A DNA stretch of 64,000 bases from NCBI RefSeq assembly GCF_009834535.1, contig NC_045696.1, positions 23,252,001 through 23,316,000 of the forward strand. Direction: 5' to 3'. Below are positions 28,346-41,013 of this stretch, piece by piece. The position numbers and the translations under genes are program-made. Numbering within the stretch: the first letter of the stretch is position 1; every line of letters starts with the position of its first letter. The stretch comes from Camelus ferus. Its lineage: Eukaryota. The notes beneath the pieces are model-generated. The model ran no database searches and was not told the origin of the DNA. It saw only the letters and a program-made list of their open reading frames with translations.

Positions 28346-28814
28346 TAATAATAAAAAAGACTAAGCTCTCAAGGGTAGATTGTGTATCGTGTTCATGCCT
28401 TTATTCTTCATAGTTTGCATTGCAGTTTCTTGCATATCATTAAATAACTCCACAGTATGTTACATGATCAAAGCATGGTTTAATATATTGTATATAATGA
28501 GGGGGGTAAAAATCTATGTTCAAAAAGAAACTCTGCTAAGGTAACTATGGTGGGGAGGAGTACAGCAGATGGAAAACGAAAAATAAATAAAGAATGCCAG
28601 AAAGTCAATAAGAAAAATATGAACAAACTGAAAAAATTGGCCAAGGTATAATAAATAATTAACCAGAGTGGGTGTTTGAATTGTCAATAAATAAAGATGC
28701 ATTCACATTAAAAAAGAATAAGTAGCATTTCATAGTCTCTTTATAGCTAAGGTCTCCATCAGTTTCAGAAATTCATCAGAAATCTTTCTGAATTCATTAT
28801 GAATAAAAAATTCA

Positions 28815-29148
28815 AATTGAAAAAAATTAACATACCATTTACTCAACAGATATCCAAAATTAAAACACTGAGCAATATTAAAGGTTGGAAAAGATGTGAG
28901 CAAAAGGGTACTCTAATAACTGCTGATGGAAGCAGAAATTTGCATAGCACCTTCAGAGAGTAATTTGAAGTCATAATTTTGAGGCCACACGTATGTCACA
29001 GCACAGCAATTTCACTTTTGAATATATACCCTAAGAAAAATCCAAGACATGTTCACGAGAGGACATACACAATAATATTCTTTATGGTGTTTTTGGAAAT
29101 AGCAAATACTTGGAAACAACTTAAACGCCTCTTAAATGTACAGTGCAG
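28815..29148 (+). mobile_element. Ancient LINE-1 (L1ME-type) ORF2 3' remnant
   Basis: gttggaaaagatgtgagcaaaagggtactct...tgctgatggaag; cagcaatttcacttttgaatatataccc; tggaaacaacttaaa. Confidence 0.75.
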
Positions 29149-29149
29149 A

Positions 29150-29420
29150 TGCTCTTGGTATTATTCTCATATATCCTTGGCATCCATATTGCCTTTACAT
29201 ATTGAGGGAATTTTACTGCAAGCACCTGCCACTCTCTGCCTGAGGATATTCTGTAGCCAAGAGTATGCTTGAACTGCCATGAAGTGGGCTGGAATTCTAG
29301 AGTTAATGGCCTCAGGAGTAACCCTCAACCAATGCCAGATGGGAATTTTGGATACAGACTCTAGATTCCTTTGTCCTTGAGTTACATAACTCTGAAGTGG
29401 CTCACAATCTTGGTCAGGTG
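29150..29420 (+). mobile_element. ERVL LTR16-like fragment
   Basis: ggagtaaccctcaaccaatg...ataactctgaagtg motifs typical of the LTR16 family (from recall). Confidence 0.55.
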
Positions 29421-30289
29421 GTAGGAAATGTGTAGATGTCATCAGAGAAATGATTAGAAATAGAAATGCTTAGAAATAGAATCCACACTTCTAAAGTTTA
29501 AATGTGTGGGGAGAGAGAACTATAGGGAGGCAGATTTTCATGTCCTGATTCTGTTTTGGGCAACCCGGTGAATGACAGACTGAGATTGAAAAGTGCTCTG
29601 GCAGGGAGATGATGATTCAGACTTGGACATGTTATAAATATGAAGTGCTGGAGGCTAACTGGAGATACTAGTTTAAAATTTGGGAGAGAGAAGTGGTCTA
29701 GGGATTGGCTAGTAATGGCATCTGAGTCTCATCTAAATGGATGAGATGAACAAAGCAAAGAGGATAGTAAAAGAAAGACAGCCCAGGAAGGAGCACTGAA
29801 GCTCAAGAATATTTCAGAAATGAGCAGAAGACGCTCTTATAAGTGGAAATAAAAGAGAGAGCTAACCTAATGGAGGAAAACCGGTGGTAAGAAAGGAAAA
29901 TAATATGTGTATTTCATAAATGTTCTACCCGAGGACATATTAGCAATAGCTTCTTAGAAACATGTCTTTATTTTCTTTGTTTTCAAACTCTAAGACAAAG
30001 ACAAGTTGCTGCTGCTACTTCATCTTCATTTTCATCTTTCAAAACCTTTTGATTTTCAGAGATTCATTTCCCACCCAGCTAAACATATCCTTTGCCAGGA
30101 TTGTCAGTTTGAGTCCTGAACCACCAAAACAGATGTTTTGAAAAGATACTAAAGTCAAAAAGATGTTAATATTATAAATTAACTACAAAGCTACAAAACA
30201 AGACCTCTGAAAACCTTACAAACTGCCCCCTTCCCTTTCTCTTTTTTTCACTATTACAGAAACCCATTCTTTGGTGAAACTGTTATTTT

Positions 30290-30292
<3 letters not shown>

Positions 30293-30324
<32 letters not shown>

Positions 30325-30388
30325 TTATATATGTAATATGTATAATTTATATATTGTATAAATATATATAATATGTATTATATATAAC
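30293..30388. repeat. (CA)n microsatellite followed by a TA-rich low-complexity tract
   Basis: Directly visible. Confidence 0.9.
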
Positions 30389-31549
30389 CATTAATAAAGT
30401 AAAAAGAACAAGCCAGAAAAACAAAAGAACAATCCAAAAACATGTTCTCATGACACATATCTCTTCTGCTCTTCTACTGTGCTTAAGAGTAACTCTTCCA
30501 TGAATTTAGAATAACTATTCCAAAAGGTCATTTTGCGAAATGCTTCCTATTTTACTGAAATTCTCTGAAATATATTCACTCTTACCAAGGTATGTGGCTA
30601 TTGTAACAGATTGTTTATCTACCTGTTAGACATGTACTTGACATTCATCTTTAGAAATTTACTTTAGCTATCATAAATAATAATGCTGCATTCACTCAGA
30701 GCACAGAAACAAGTATTACATTTCCTTTGTCATTCATTCACTACATGATCAGCAAGCAGAGTCTGGTTTGGTTTTGGTTTTGGTTCCTTTTTTTTCTCCC
30801 TAGAATTTGGTTAACATGGTTAAGCAGAGGGCTAACTTCTTTCCAAACACATTATCTCATTCAATGCTTAGAACATTGCTATCAATATTTTTGATAGGAA
30901 GAAATGGAGACTTTCAACAAATTAGACCTTTCCTTAAGTAACAAAGTTAGTAGGTGAGTTAGAATTTGAATCCATGTATTCTGATTCCAAAGCACATGGT
31001 TTGGGAAACATGTCAAAATGTCAAGAATATGGTTTGAAATTCTTGCCTTTGCTTTCAGCATATAACAGTAAAATATATAAAATATTAAATGAGAGCATGT
31101 AAAATTGATATCAAAACAAGACAAATCCTTCTGTGGACCAAAAACAGAATAGAAACAGAAGTGAGCTGCAGTGCACCAGTTGGTTTTTGGAATAAGAGGC
31201 AAGCATTTCCTCATCTGTAAGGTAACTGAGGTGCCACACTTGCCCCACAGGGAGTGAAAATCAGCGCCAGGTTTACTGATTAGGTTACCTAAGTGTAAGA
31301 TAATAAGAAGCTAAAAAACTGACTACCCCTCTAGAGCCATGGTTCACACAGAACTGCTTAGCGGGGAGGCCACAGGCAGCAGCCACAATCTGGCAGTCAG
31401 CGCCTGGGACACACTGCTATTTGACTGAGTGACTACGTTTATGGTGTCCCCATCGTCCAAGTTTCTGAGTTAGGGATCGAGACTGTGTAGGGCCAACTCT
31501 ATGACCATGAAACTGGGGTGGGGCTAGCAAAGAAAGAGACAGAATTTTT

Positions 31550-32130
31550 AAAAATTACTCTCACTTAAGTTGAGCCTGAAAACCAAAATTCCAAGACATG
31601 TAAACTCATATAAAAAGATTGCTAGCAAAATTCTTAAAAAAATCATTCAACGAAGTCATTCCAGATGACATGAAAATAATAGATCAACTTCAGAATTTCA
31701 AAATAAGCATGTTAGCAGCCTTGAAGAGACAAAATAAGGAATAACATCAATACAATTTACAAGAAAATAAGTAGAGATGAAATAACAAAAGTGGATATAA
31801 GGAAAGAACCAATTAGAATTCCTAGGAAAGAAATATAGTTTAAAAAATTCTGGAATGGATACAGTCACAACAAGAATTAGTAAATTGGAAGATATCTCTT
31901 GAGTAATTCACCAAAAATGCAGCACAGAAAGAGATAAAAAATATTAAAAAGGAGAACTTTAGAAATATGTATGATATATATTGTGAAGCTTTAACATACA
32001 TATACTAGGATGTTCCAGAAAAAGGGATCAGAATTAATGGAAAAAGAAGCAATATTTGGAAAGAAAATTCTCAAGATTTCCATAATTTAAGAAAGATGTG
32101 AGTCCTAAGATCAAAGTGTCTGGAAAAATG
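31550..32130 (+). mobile_element. Ancient L1/HAL1 ORF1-like remnant
   Basis: A-rich: gaattagtaaattggaagata...caaaaatgcagcacagaaagagataaa...gaagcaatatttg. Confidence 0.6.
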
Positions 32131-32883
32131 AATAGCCACTATGCTCCCTTTCTGTAAGAAGAATAATAAAAACCATACCTCTAGGAAAGCCTTTGAGGAC
32201 TTATAATTTGTCAGAGATGACAGAATCTAATCCTACAGATTCTGTCCTATATTTTGAAAGAATAAATCATCTTTAAAAACAAATTGACGAATGTAATTGA
32301 AACAAGAATACAGCCAAGATGATATTCATTCTCAGTAGAGAAGGCATAAATTCACTGCAACAGATGTCTACTGCTACCAGGGTACAGAAAAAAATCTGAA
32401 ATTTAGTGACCATGTGATTTAAGGAAGTAAGTCAAAGAGTGTCATAACCCTAGCATATGTCCAGGCCACTCTATCGTTCTGTGAGCCCATAAGTGCGAAC
32501 ACAAACACACACTCACACACACTCCAATCTGGTGTGATACAGTAATATAGGAGAATTATAGTGAGTCACTAGTATGTTCTACATATAAGTAAGAGAGATA
32601 ACTGTATATTAACTCGTGAACATAGATCCATTGTTTCCCATTAATCTAATACAAAATTTAAATTTCTGTGGAAAATTATCCTTATATAGGAAAATATATA
32701 CCTTCTTAAAATCATGGTCTTAAAATCATACTGTGGTTGATTGCAGTTTTTAAAAGATATCTTCACCTCAGTAACCAAACAATAAGTAAATATGAATGGA
32801 AAAGACTGAAGATAGTAGTTTAAGATTAAATGTTAGTAAAACTTAGCAGTAGATCTTTTTACCTTTTGTTTATCACAACTTAC

Positions 32884-33004
32884 TGTACTTCCATCAGAGG
32901 GAACCCCATTCTGTCTTAGCCCCTCCCCATAGCACGGCAACTTCCTGAGTTGCTACAGTTCATAACTGAGGAGAATAATGAAGTTCTCTCTAATTTTTCA
33001 GTCT
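32884..33004 (-). other. Candidate exon (121 nt, or 142 nt using the donor at 32862)
   Basis: cccttacttattccctccaaaccaatccag|AGACTG...; donors ACA|gtaagt (32883) and AAG|gtaaaa (32862). Confidence 0.35.
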
Positions 33005-34589
33005 CTGGATTGGTTTGGAGGGAATAAGTAAGGGATAAACTTTTTTTTTTCTTTTTTCTTTTTTTACAATCTTGATAGCAAACGGAGAAATTTTCAAAAG
33101 GCTCATCTCTTGGCAAAGCTTTTCATAAATCCTCAGTCACACCTTAACTTTACTCACTAAGACACATTAGAAGAAAATGCCAAACAAATTTACATCTCTT
33201 TTTTTGACCATTCATATCAAGATCATAACAAAAGACATTAAAAACACTTTGAGTGATTTTGATGAGAACATAATTTTTAAAACCTCAAGACGTTTATGTA
33301 AATTAAAATGTCAACATTTTCTCTTAAAAAAAAAAAGGTTTTCATTTCCTACAGCACTAATAAACAGCTCAGAACTGTGTAAGTGGACAAAAAAGAATGG
33401 AACAGGTGACGAACATAATGAACTTGTTCTCTTAGAAAGGGATTTGTCAGTCACATTTTGCAATTATTCAGAGAAGCTTGTATCAAATCATAAAGAACAG
33501 CTTGAAAATAATTACCCTTCTTATATATAGTTTTTGTATTAAAGTCAAGACTATTACATAGTTCTACAACAGTTGATAAGTCTTCCATAAATCTTTGGAA
33601 AAGAAGATATAAGTAATGCTTCAAAATTGCCTTGTAAATGAAAACACATTCATTCTTCCTTAAAAGCTTTCTTCCCTTTATTGTAAAGTTTTATAGTTCT
33701 ACAATTACTCCAATACATTTTTTCCCATTTATTAATTTGCTTTAGCAAATCGAAGCTATAAATCTCAAAATATAAGGAGTTCACTTTAGTAAATTTTATT
33801 TTTAAAACAATTATTCAAAATTTGTATTACAGAGGCGCTCTTTAAAAAGTTTCAATGAACGTGAAACACAATAACAATGCAGACCTCTGTATTCTATCAA
33901 ATCAGAAGTACGGAAGACACATTTTTCACTTCATTCACTTGGTAACATCTAATACAGTCACCTTGCTAATAAAACTGATTTTTAAACAAAGTCAACAATA
34001 GCAATAATAATTTGACATTTATTAAAATAATCATCCTGAATTTCCAGTTTTTGCAGAAGAATCTCTTCTATAACATTTTAGGAATACATCCTGGAGGCTC
34101 TGATTTTTTTTTTTTTTTTTTAACAAGAAGCACATTTAAAATAGGATCATAAGTATGGCTAAACTAGGACTTAAACACAATTTACTCCCTGAGAGTTTTT
34201 TTTTTCCCCTCAGAAAGAGCAAGCTTACTAACTTTCAAGATATTTGCAACAAAATAAAAACTACTCAGTATTGTTTCAAGATAATTAAAATTAAAAAAGA
34301 AAAAACAAAACAAAACAAAACAAAAACTGTGTGCAAAGTTCCTGCAGTGAAATGTGAGCAAACAAGACAAGAAACAAAAGAAATTTGCATGTTGCTTCTG
34401 AAAAGAAGCTTAACCAATCCTTTGCCAGGAATAACACACATAAACTATAAGAAGGCAACTGTGGGAATCAAAACACACTTACTTTTTAATATGTAAAGAT
34501 GCACTTTTTCCCCTATTTTAGGTTAAAAATAAGAGGACACCCCAGTGAGTCTTGCTGGCAGTCAGATAACACACAGGCCCTGACCCTTT

Positions 34590-35520
34590 AACTCGCTGGA
34601 ATTCTCACACAAAGCTCTTTTCATGCAGATTGCACTATATATTCCTGAGATAAGGCGGCAAAACGAGGAGCTACGGAGAAGTGACACAAAGTTGGACTAA
34701 ATGAAATGTTTACATATATCCTGTCACCCCGTTGTTCCTTCATTATCTATTCCACACATGATTTGCCTAAAACAATATTTATTCAGGTTGGAGAGAAGCA
34801 TGATTTAAACAAAAGGACAATTTTAAGAGAAAGGACACGCAAGACAATACAATTATTGTGTTTCTCTGTTAGCATTGCCAAGTTTAATGTGAAATCAAGC
34901 AGAAACAAAAGCAAATCGCCTAAGAACTTTTAAGAAATGCTCCTGCTATGATTTCCCTCAAAGCACAACAGCTTTACTTGTTTTACAACACAGAAAGTAT
35001 ATTGTAAGTAATATCTTAAATCTGCACTCACCATGCGAAAGCAACGGTTGCGTAGCGTAAAAGTGCGCTATTTTCTGCCCCTGTTCCATTTCAGTTTTGC
35101 CTATAGTTGTCCAACACCCAATAGCCCAGAGCTGCCACCCAGAGGCCCCTTCCACGAGCTGGCTTATTTGCCTGTCAATCTGAGTCCCGGCTTCTGTATT
35201 ATGCGGCTGTGCACTTTGCTGAAGTTCTAATATAATTTCCATACGCTTCCCACCGCCTGAAGTAGGTAATTTGTTCTTTCAGTTCAATAAATACTCAAAT
35301 CACTTCGGGTAACTCTCTGAGATCAGGCTTTAAGTTGTTCACCTTCAAGTTAAGGAGTTCTTGCTAAGAAGTGGGTGGAGAGAAGTACGCTCACTACAGG
35401 GGAACTCAGTGTAATCAGAACGCGGAGAAACTTCCTCTCTTTTTTCCTTCCTTGCTACGCTGAGCCGCTAGTGACTCTTTCACAGAACTTAGGAATGTAA
35501 AGGGAGGACGCGGAGAGGCC
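34590..35520 (-). promoter_or_regulatory. CpG-enriched promoter-like region (candidate internal promoter)
   Basis: About 25 CpGs in ~930 bp by manual count, against a strongly CpG-depleted background; no repeat recognised; contains a donor ATG|gtgagt at 35032/35031. Confidence 0.6.
35032..35242 (-). other. Candidate alternative first exon (5' boundary unknown)
   Basis: Ends CTTTCGCATG|gtgagt. ATG at 35089 in good Kozak context (gaaATGG) would give MEQGQKIAHFYATQPLLSH, phase 1. Confidence 0.5.
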
Positions 35521-36362
35521 CCTCCAGACAAGCCTTTCTCAATCAATTAGCTTGCAGCCATTACTTGTGACCTGAGGTCACACAGCATAAGTGTGTGGGG
35601 TGTGCCTTCAGGGGTCCCAAGGCTACTTATTACAGCTAAGATAACCCAAACCAAGCAGGCAGTAGAATCTGAAACATTTTTAATAGAAAATAGGCTAAAG
35701 ATATGAAACAGACTTGAGATGAATTTCAAGGGGTTTTTTTTGCAGAAGCAACTTATCAACTCAAATATATATTTTTTCTATTAAGTCCAAAACAATGTAT
35801 TTTTTCCATGTTGGATCAAACAGGATTCAGAACAAAGCAGTGAAGCATTTCTTTTATATTAAATTTCAAGCTGGGAATATAAAAATGACAAAATAACTAA
35901 TGTATCATGTAGTCACAGATATCACCTAGGTTTTGTTTTAGTTTTTTAAAGATTCTGCCTTATTATATTTAACTGCAAAGCTAAACTGCTATGTTTATAC
36001 AAAGTTCTCTATGCTTAAGGAACCACGTTTGGAGATAGAAATAGTTGTTTTAAATTCTTTCAAGATTACATATTATCTTAATGTCATGATTTATCTTTTT
36101 CTCATAACTACTTTAATTAGAATTTTGTTCTCTAGTTAAGATAAATGATTCCTCTCTTTAAAATATATATAAAAACTAGAGCTCAAAATAACAGAAAATA
36201 AGTGAAACACTAAAGATAAATGCAATCTTTTAAAACTAAAGGTTTGTTTGAACTTCATATAGTAAGTTTACACATTCCTCAAAAACACTTTAAAAAAATA
36301 GCCACCACCATTTTCATTAAGTTAATGACACAGAAATATCAGGAATTTTATTTTAAATCAAA

Positions 36363-37062
36363 ATCATGCTTTTGAATAGTAAAATCCAATTAAAGAGCAC
36401 ATATTTTATAGTGACTATATGGACCGTCACCCCCTACCCCCAAAATAACCACCATTCAAAATGGATTTACCACATCCACATTTTCGCACCCTGTTTACTT
36501 GGTGATGCCACAAAACATCCTATACAGGTGCAGCCCTATGTAGGAATGGTGATATTGTGTATCAGTGCTGAATTTAGCATTTCCAGCCAATGAAATTATC
36601 TTCAAATTAGATACTGCCTGACTTAAATAAAGCAAACAAACCAAAAACCCAAGATGAATAAAACAGGTGAGAGAAACAGGATCAGATCATGGTATGTAGT
36701 GGATAGAATCAATTTTGAAAACTATAGTAAAAGAGAATGTAGTAGTTAAAATATTAAAATTAGTTATGGGCAGGGGTTAAGGCAGGAATGGGTTTCCACT
36801 TTCTCCAATATACGACAGGAGTCATTGATAAGCTTGAAAAAGGAAGTTGATACTGCCTCTAATTAAGTTTAAGCAAAAATAATTTATTACAAATATCAGA
36901 TATTACAAACATCATGCTTCTGAATAGTAAAATCCAATTAAGGAGCACATATTTTATAGTGATTATATGGACAATCACCCCCCCCCAAACCCAAATAACC
37001 ATCATTCAAAATGGATTTACCACACCCACATTTTCTCACCCTATTTACCTGGTTATTCCACA
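36363..37062 (+). repeat. ~150-bp direct repeat pair (36363-36512 and 36911-37062)
   Basis: atcatgctt(t/c)tgaatagtaaaatccaatta...ccaca present twice, roughly 85-90% identical by eye. Confidence 0.95.
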
Positions 37063-38376
37063 TCTAAAACTAATATAATGTTAAATGTCAAGTATATCTC
37101 AAAAAAATAAATCAAACCTTCCCCCAAAACTCTTTTCCCATGTAGAAACAATAAAAAATAAAGTAAAATAAAAAGGTTAGATACTGATAATAGTAATAAT
37201 GACAATAATGAAAATGTCTTGACACATTTTAGTGATCAGCTGTGGCTATTTTATATATCGAAAATAATATATAAAGCATTCTGGGCCATTTAGGCAATAG
37301 AGATGCAGAAAATCAAGAATTTTAATTACTTCTTGAAGGAAACCTAGTCTTTAAAAATTTCTGATTCAGTGCCAACTTGTAAAGTCTACATTCCATTTTC
37401 ATCTGTTATGAAGAACAAGCTTTGTTTTCTTGTTCCCTTATTCCAAACTAACAACTAGCTCCTAATAGTCAGTCAGCAAGGTCACCAGCCTTATACATTA
37501 GAAGTCTACCGTCATCACCTCAAGGATCTGGCCTCTATTGCAAAAGACTTTCTGTGTGCACAAAACAAAGGACTTTCTGATAAGTGCAGAAAGGTCGCTA
37601 ATAACCTACATAAAACGTAAAACATATACCAGCATGCGAAAGAGCTTTGGTGACTTCATAGTTTAGAATGTATTATTTTTAAGGCCAGTTGACTAAAATA
37701 ATTACAGATATTTCTGACACAGACGGGTTATGAAAGGAATCCCCTTTGTGAAAGCGTGATCTCTTACATCAAAAAGTTTACTACCAGGATACTGACCCCA
37801 CTCAGTTTCCATCTTCGTTTTATAGAGAAAAAGTCTGCTACTCTAGATGTCATGGTAACTTAAACATTGTGGATAATTTTTGCTAAATTCCACTAATTTG
37901 AAAAGGATTTTAATAGCTTGGATAACTTTACCACCAAAACTCTATCATTTACATTTAGAGAGACTAAGTTAGAATACATAATAAAATGAAAAATGTTTAA
38001 TTTATTAAAAAGCCATTCAAAAGATATAATATAATATTTCTATAGAAGTTATAAAGATAAAATTTCTAGTCATTACATAATAACAAAAAATATTCATCAC
38101 TTATGTGCTGTTGACATTTCCCACAACAATTCTATTCTGTATCTATGCATTTTTCCCTGCAGTGCTTTGGAAGTTGGTCACTTTTGGACAGAGGAATAGA
38201 TGAACTAAAATGAAAGGCTTGAAAATCATTACCATCAAACTTCCAGTCTGAGACATCTGATTAGCAGTCTGCCCTCATAAATTGGTTTCACACAACTTTC
38301 TGTTAAAACACCTACACAGAAAAACACATCTTACAATAACCCTAAAAACTAAGATTAATGGAGGCAATTTCTTTAC

Positions 38377-38403
38377 CTTTCTTCCAAATCTAATGACATT
38401 GGA
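38377..38403 (-). other. Candidate 27-nt micro-exon
   Basis: cctgttgttttttcttag|TCCAATGTCATTAGATTTGGAAGAAAG|gtaaag. Confidence 0.4.
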
Positions 38404-38545
38404 CTAAGAAAAAACAACAGGTGGTCTATATGAGTAGACAGATTAGTCCTATTCATTTGAAAGTCAAGAAAATATTTCAACATTGCTTGACTAACTGTAT
38501 GCAGATTCATGGACCCTTACCACCAAAAGCCTGGATTGCATTGGA

Positions 38546-38564
38546 TATCACTAGAAGGCGCTGC
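38546..38564 (+). promoter_or_regulatory. CTCF-like motif
   Basis: tcactagaaggcgctg vs consensus CCASYAGRKGGCRSYR (2 mismatches), with its CpG retained. Confidence 0.4.
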
Positions 38565-39759
38565 TTCTTGGGACAGGCAGAGTAGTGTTCCCACAGCACC
38601 ATCTTTTCCTATTTTGACATTAGTATCTGGAAACAGGAAAGGAGATAGAAGACGGGCATGTGACACATTACACTCTCCAGAATTAGGTTAAAGCAATGTA
38701 GATGGCAGCAGAGGTAAGAGGGCAGTGCAGAAAGGCACATGTTAGGAATTATAGCTTTTCCTGCTTGTGAAACAACAAGGTTTGGGACATAGGAGACCAC
38801 TTTACTTTCAAGAGCAAAGTTAGACTCCACGTATGCTGCTTAGCCTCTAGCTGGGAGGTCTGCACTCCAACCTGTCACCCAGCTGGTAAGGCAGGAAGGG
38901 GATCTAACCAGCAAAAGTGGACGGTAAGAAAACAACAGGTGTCATCTGGTTGTAAACATCACATTGGATGGATCTAGGCTAATTTAGTGCTGAGCAAATA
39001 GAAAACAAATATAAAATGTTAGCCTACAGAAAAATATGACAGAGAAAATGGCAAAAGAACATTATCAAAACAAGAGCAATAACTGAATACATGATCTATT
39101 AAAACAGGCATTTTAAACAGAATTCTTGCAGACATGACTCCTATATTACAAGATAAGAAGGAGGAAATGGCCTAAAATAAAAACAAGAAAACACAATGGA
39201 AATACACACTTTAAAAAAGAAAAGAGAATATAGTGGATAAAGAAAAAAAATGAGAACAACAAATGACACTCTAAAAAATCATAGGAGTGACAAGGATGAC
39301 AAACTTCAAAAAGAAGGGAGATAAGTTTGAAGTCTATAACAACAGTGTAGGTGAGCTGGAAGAAATTTCACTGGAAGAAATCTTAAAATATTTGACTCCA
39401 TACATTTTATCTAATATGTCATAAAATAGGAAAAATTTGAAAGCATGCTAAGAAAGAGGGAAATGCCTATAAATTATGAAAAATTTCAACACACAATGTA
39501 TATAGTCTCTTGCACATAATTTTAAAAGAACAAGCACCTTAATGAAAAATATGAAGAAGAGAAACAGATAATTTGAAGAAATAAAAGAAATTAAAACTAA
39601 AGCAACATTGAGATATAGTGTAACTTTTTCCTATTTGATGACTTTAAAATTAATATTTAAAGTGGATTATTCTATGCTTATAAATGGATAAATTGAAACA
39701 AGCTTTCTGGAAAGCAACTAGTTTATATGTACCAAAATTCTTGTGTTTTTTCTTTTTAT

Positions 39760-40140
39760 TTATCTATTCATTGAACAATTATTTACTGATCACTTACTAT
39801 GTGCCAGACACTGAGGATAAAGTGTCTAATGAAACAGACAGAATTTCTGCTCCCATTTAGCTTAGATTCTAGGAGGTAGAGAAAAGACAATGAACAAATT
39901 AACATAACATGTTAGGTACTGTTGAATCTAAGATGAAAAATAATGCAGAATAAAGGGATAATGAATGATTCTGGACATGGTGGATATGACATTTTACATG
40001 GTGCTCAGGCAAATGCCTCTCTCCTGTGATACTGTGAGAGCAACAATCTGAGCAGAGTGTAGGGATCTAAGATAACATATGGGAGAAACATTTCCGGAGA
40101 GGAACCTGCCAGAGAAAAGGCTTTGAGATGGGGCATGATT
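39760..40140 (-). mobile_element. LINE-2 3' end (L2a-like)
   Basis: attcattgaacaattatttactgatcacttactatgtgccagacactg...acagacagaatttctgctccc...gcttagattctag. Confidence 0.85.
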
Positions 40141-40897
40141 CTCAGTAACATCATATCAAAGATGTACTGCAGCAATCATTCTTTTGTAAAAAGCCAAAGA
40201 CTCTTTTGTAAGAAACTCATCAGTGAGACAGACCAACATTTTTGTATACATTTGTTTATAATTGCCCACAAAACTGAAAATAAGAGAATATCAATTCTTG
40301 TGATTTATATTATATTATATAGCCATTTAAAGTCATTATTTTAAGGACTTGTGAAATGTGAACCTTAGGTAAACAGAAGCAGGAATGAAACAAACTGAGG
40401 ATAATCTTTATCACAGGTAAAACTCTCTTTATCACAAATCTTGAAGCTTTCAACTTATTTTGGATTATTTACTCTCTCAAATCTAGTCATTCAGTACTTG
40501 AAAGGATTTTTTTTTTTTACAAATAATTTAAATGTCTCTCCTTCCCTTCCATTTCACTACTTCTACCCTGTTGCTTAGGTCTACAGGAAAAATTTTTAAA
40601 GCATATGTAAAACCATGGTCATGTATATACATAGCCTTTGTTTTCTTGTTTAAGAGCATATGGCAAGAGTCATCTCTTTCACTCAGAGTAACAAATGCTC
40701 TCCCACAGCATCTACTACTTTGACCCTTAATTAGATCTTTCCAGACAATCTAAAATAACTCATGTCTGAGACCCTCTCTGTCTATATGGGTCCCAAAGGA
40801 TTGAGGCAGCAGCAGGAAAGCAAGAAGGAATCTTACTATAGTTTAGGATCTGTACAGCAAAATGGGCAAGCAAGCAGGGGGTTGAGACAGGTTGTTT

Positions 40898-41013
40898 AAG
40901 AAGAAAAGAAAGAAAGGGAGGGAGGAAGGAAGGAAAAGAAAGAAAGAGAAAGAAAGAAAAGAAAGAAAAAAGAAAGAAAGAAGGAAAGAAAAAAGAAAGA
41001 CAGACAGACAGAC
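40898..41013. repeat. (GAAA/GGAA)n polypurine tract plus (GACA)n
   Basis: Purines only from 40898 to 41000. Confidence 0.95.

Noticed and set aside
34958..35242. 94-aa single-exon ORF
   Set aside because: A strong donor at 35032/35031 interrupts it and the remainder reads as AT-rich intron; no homology recognised.
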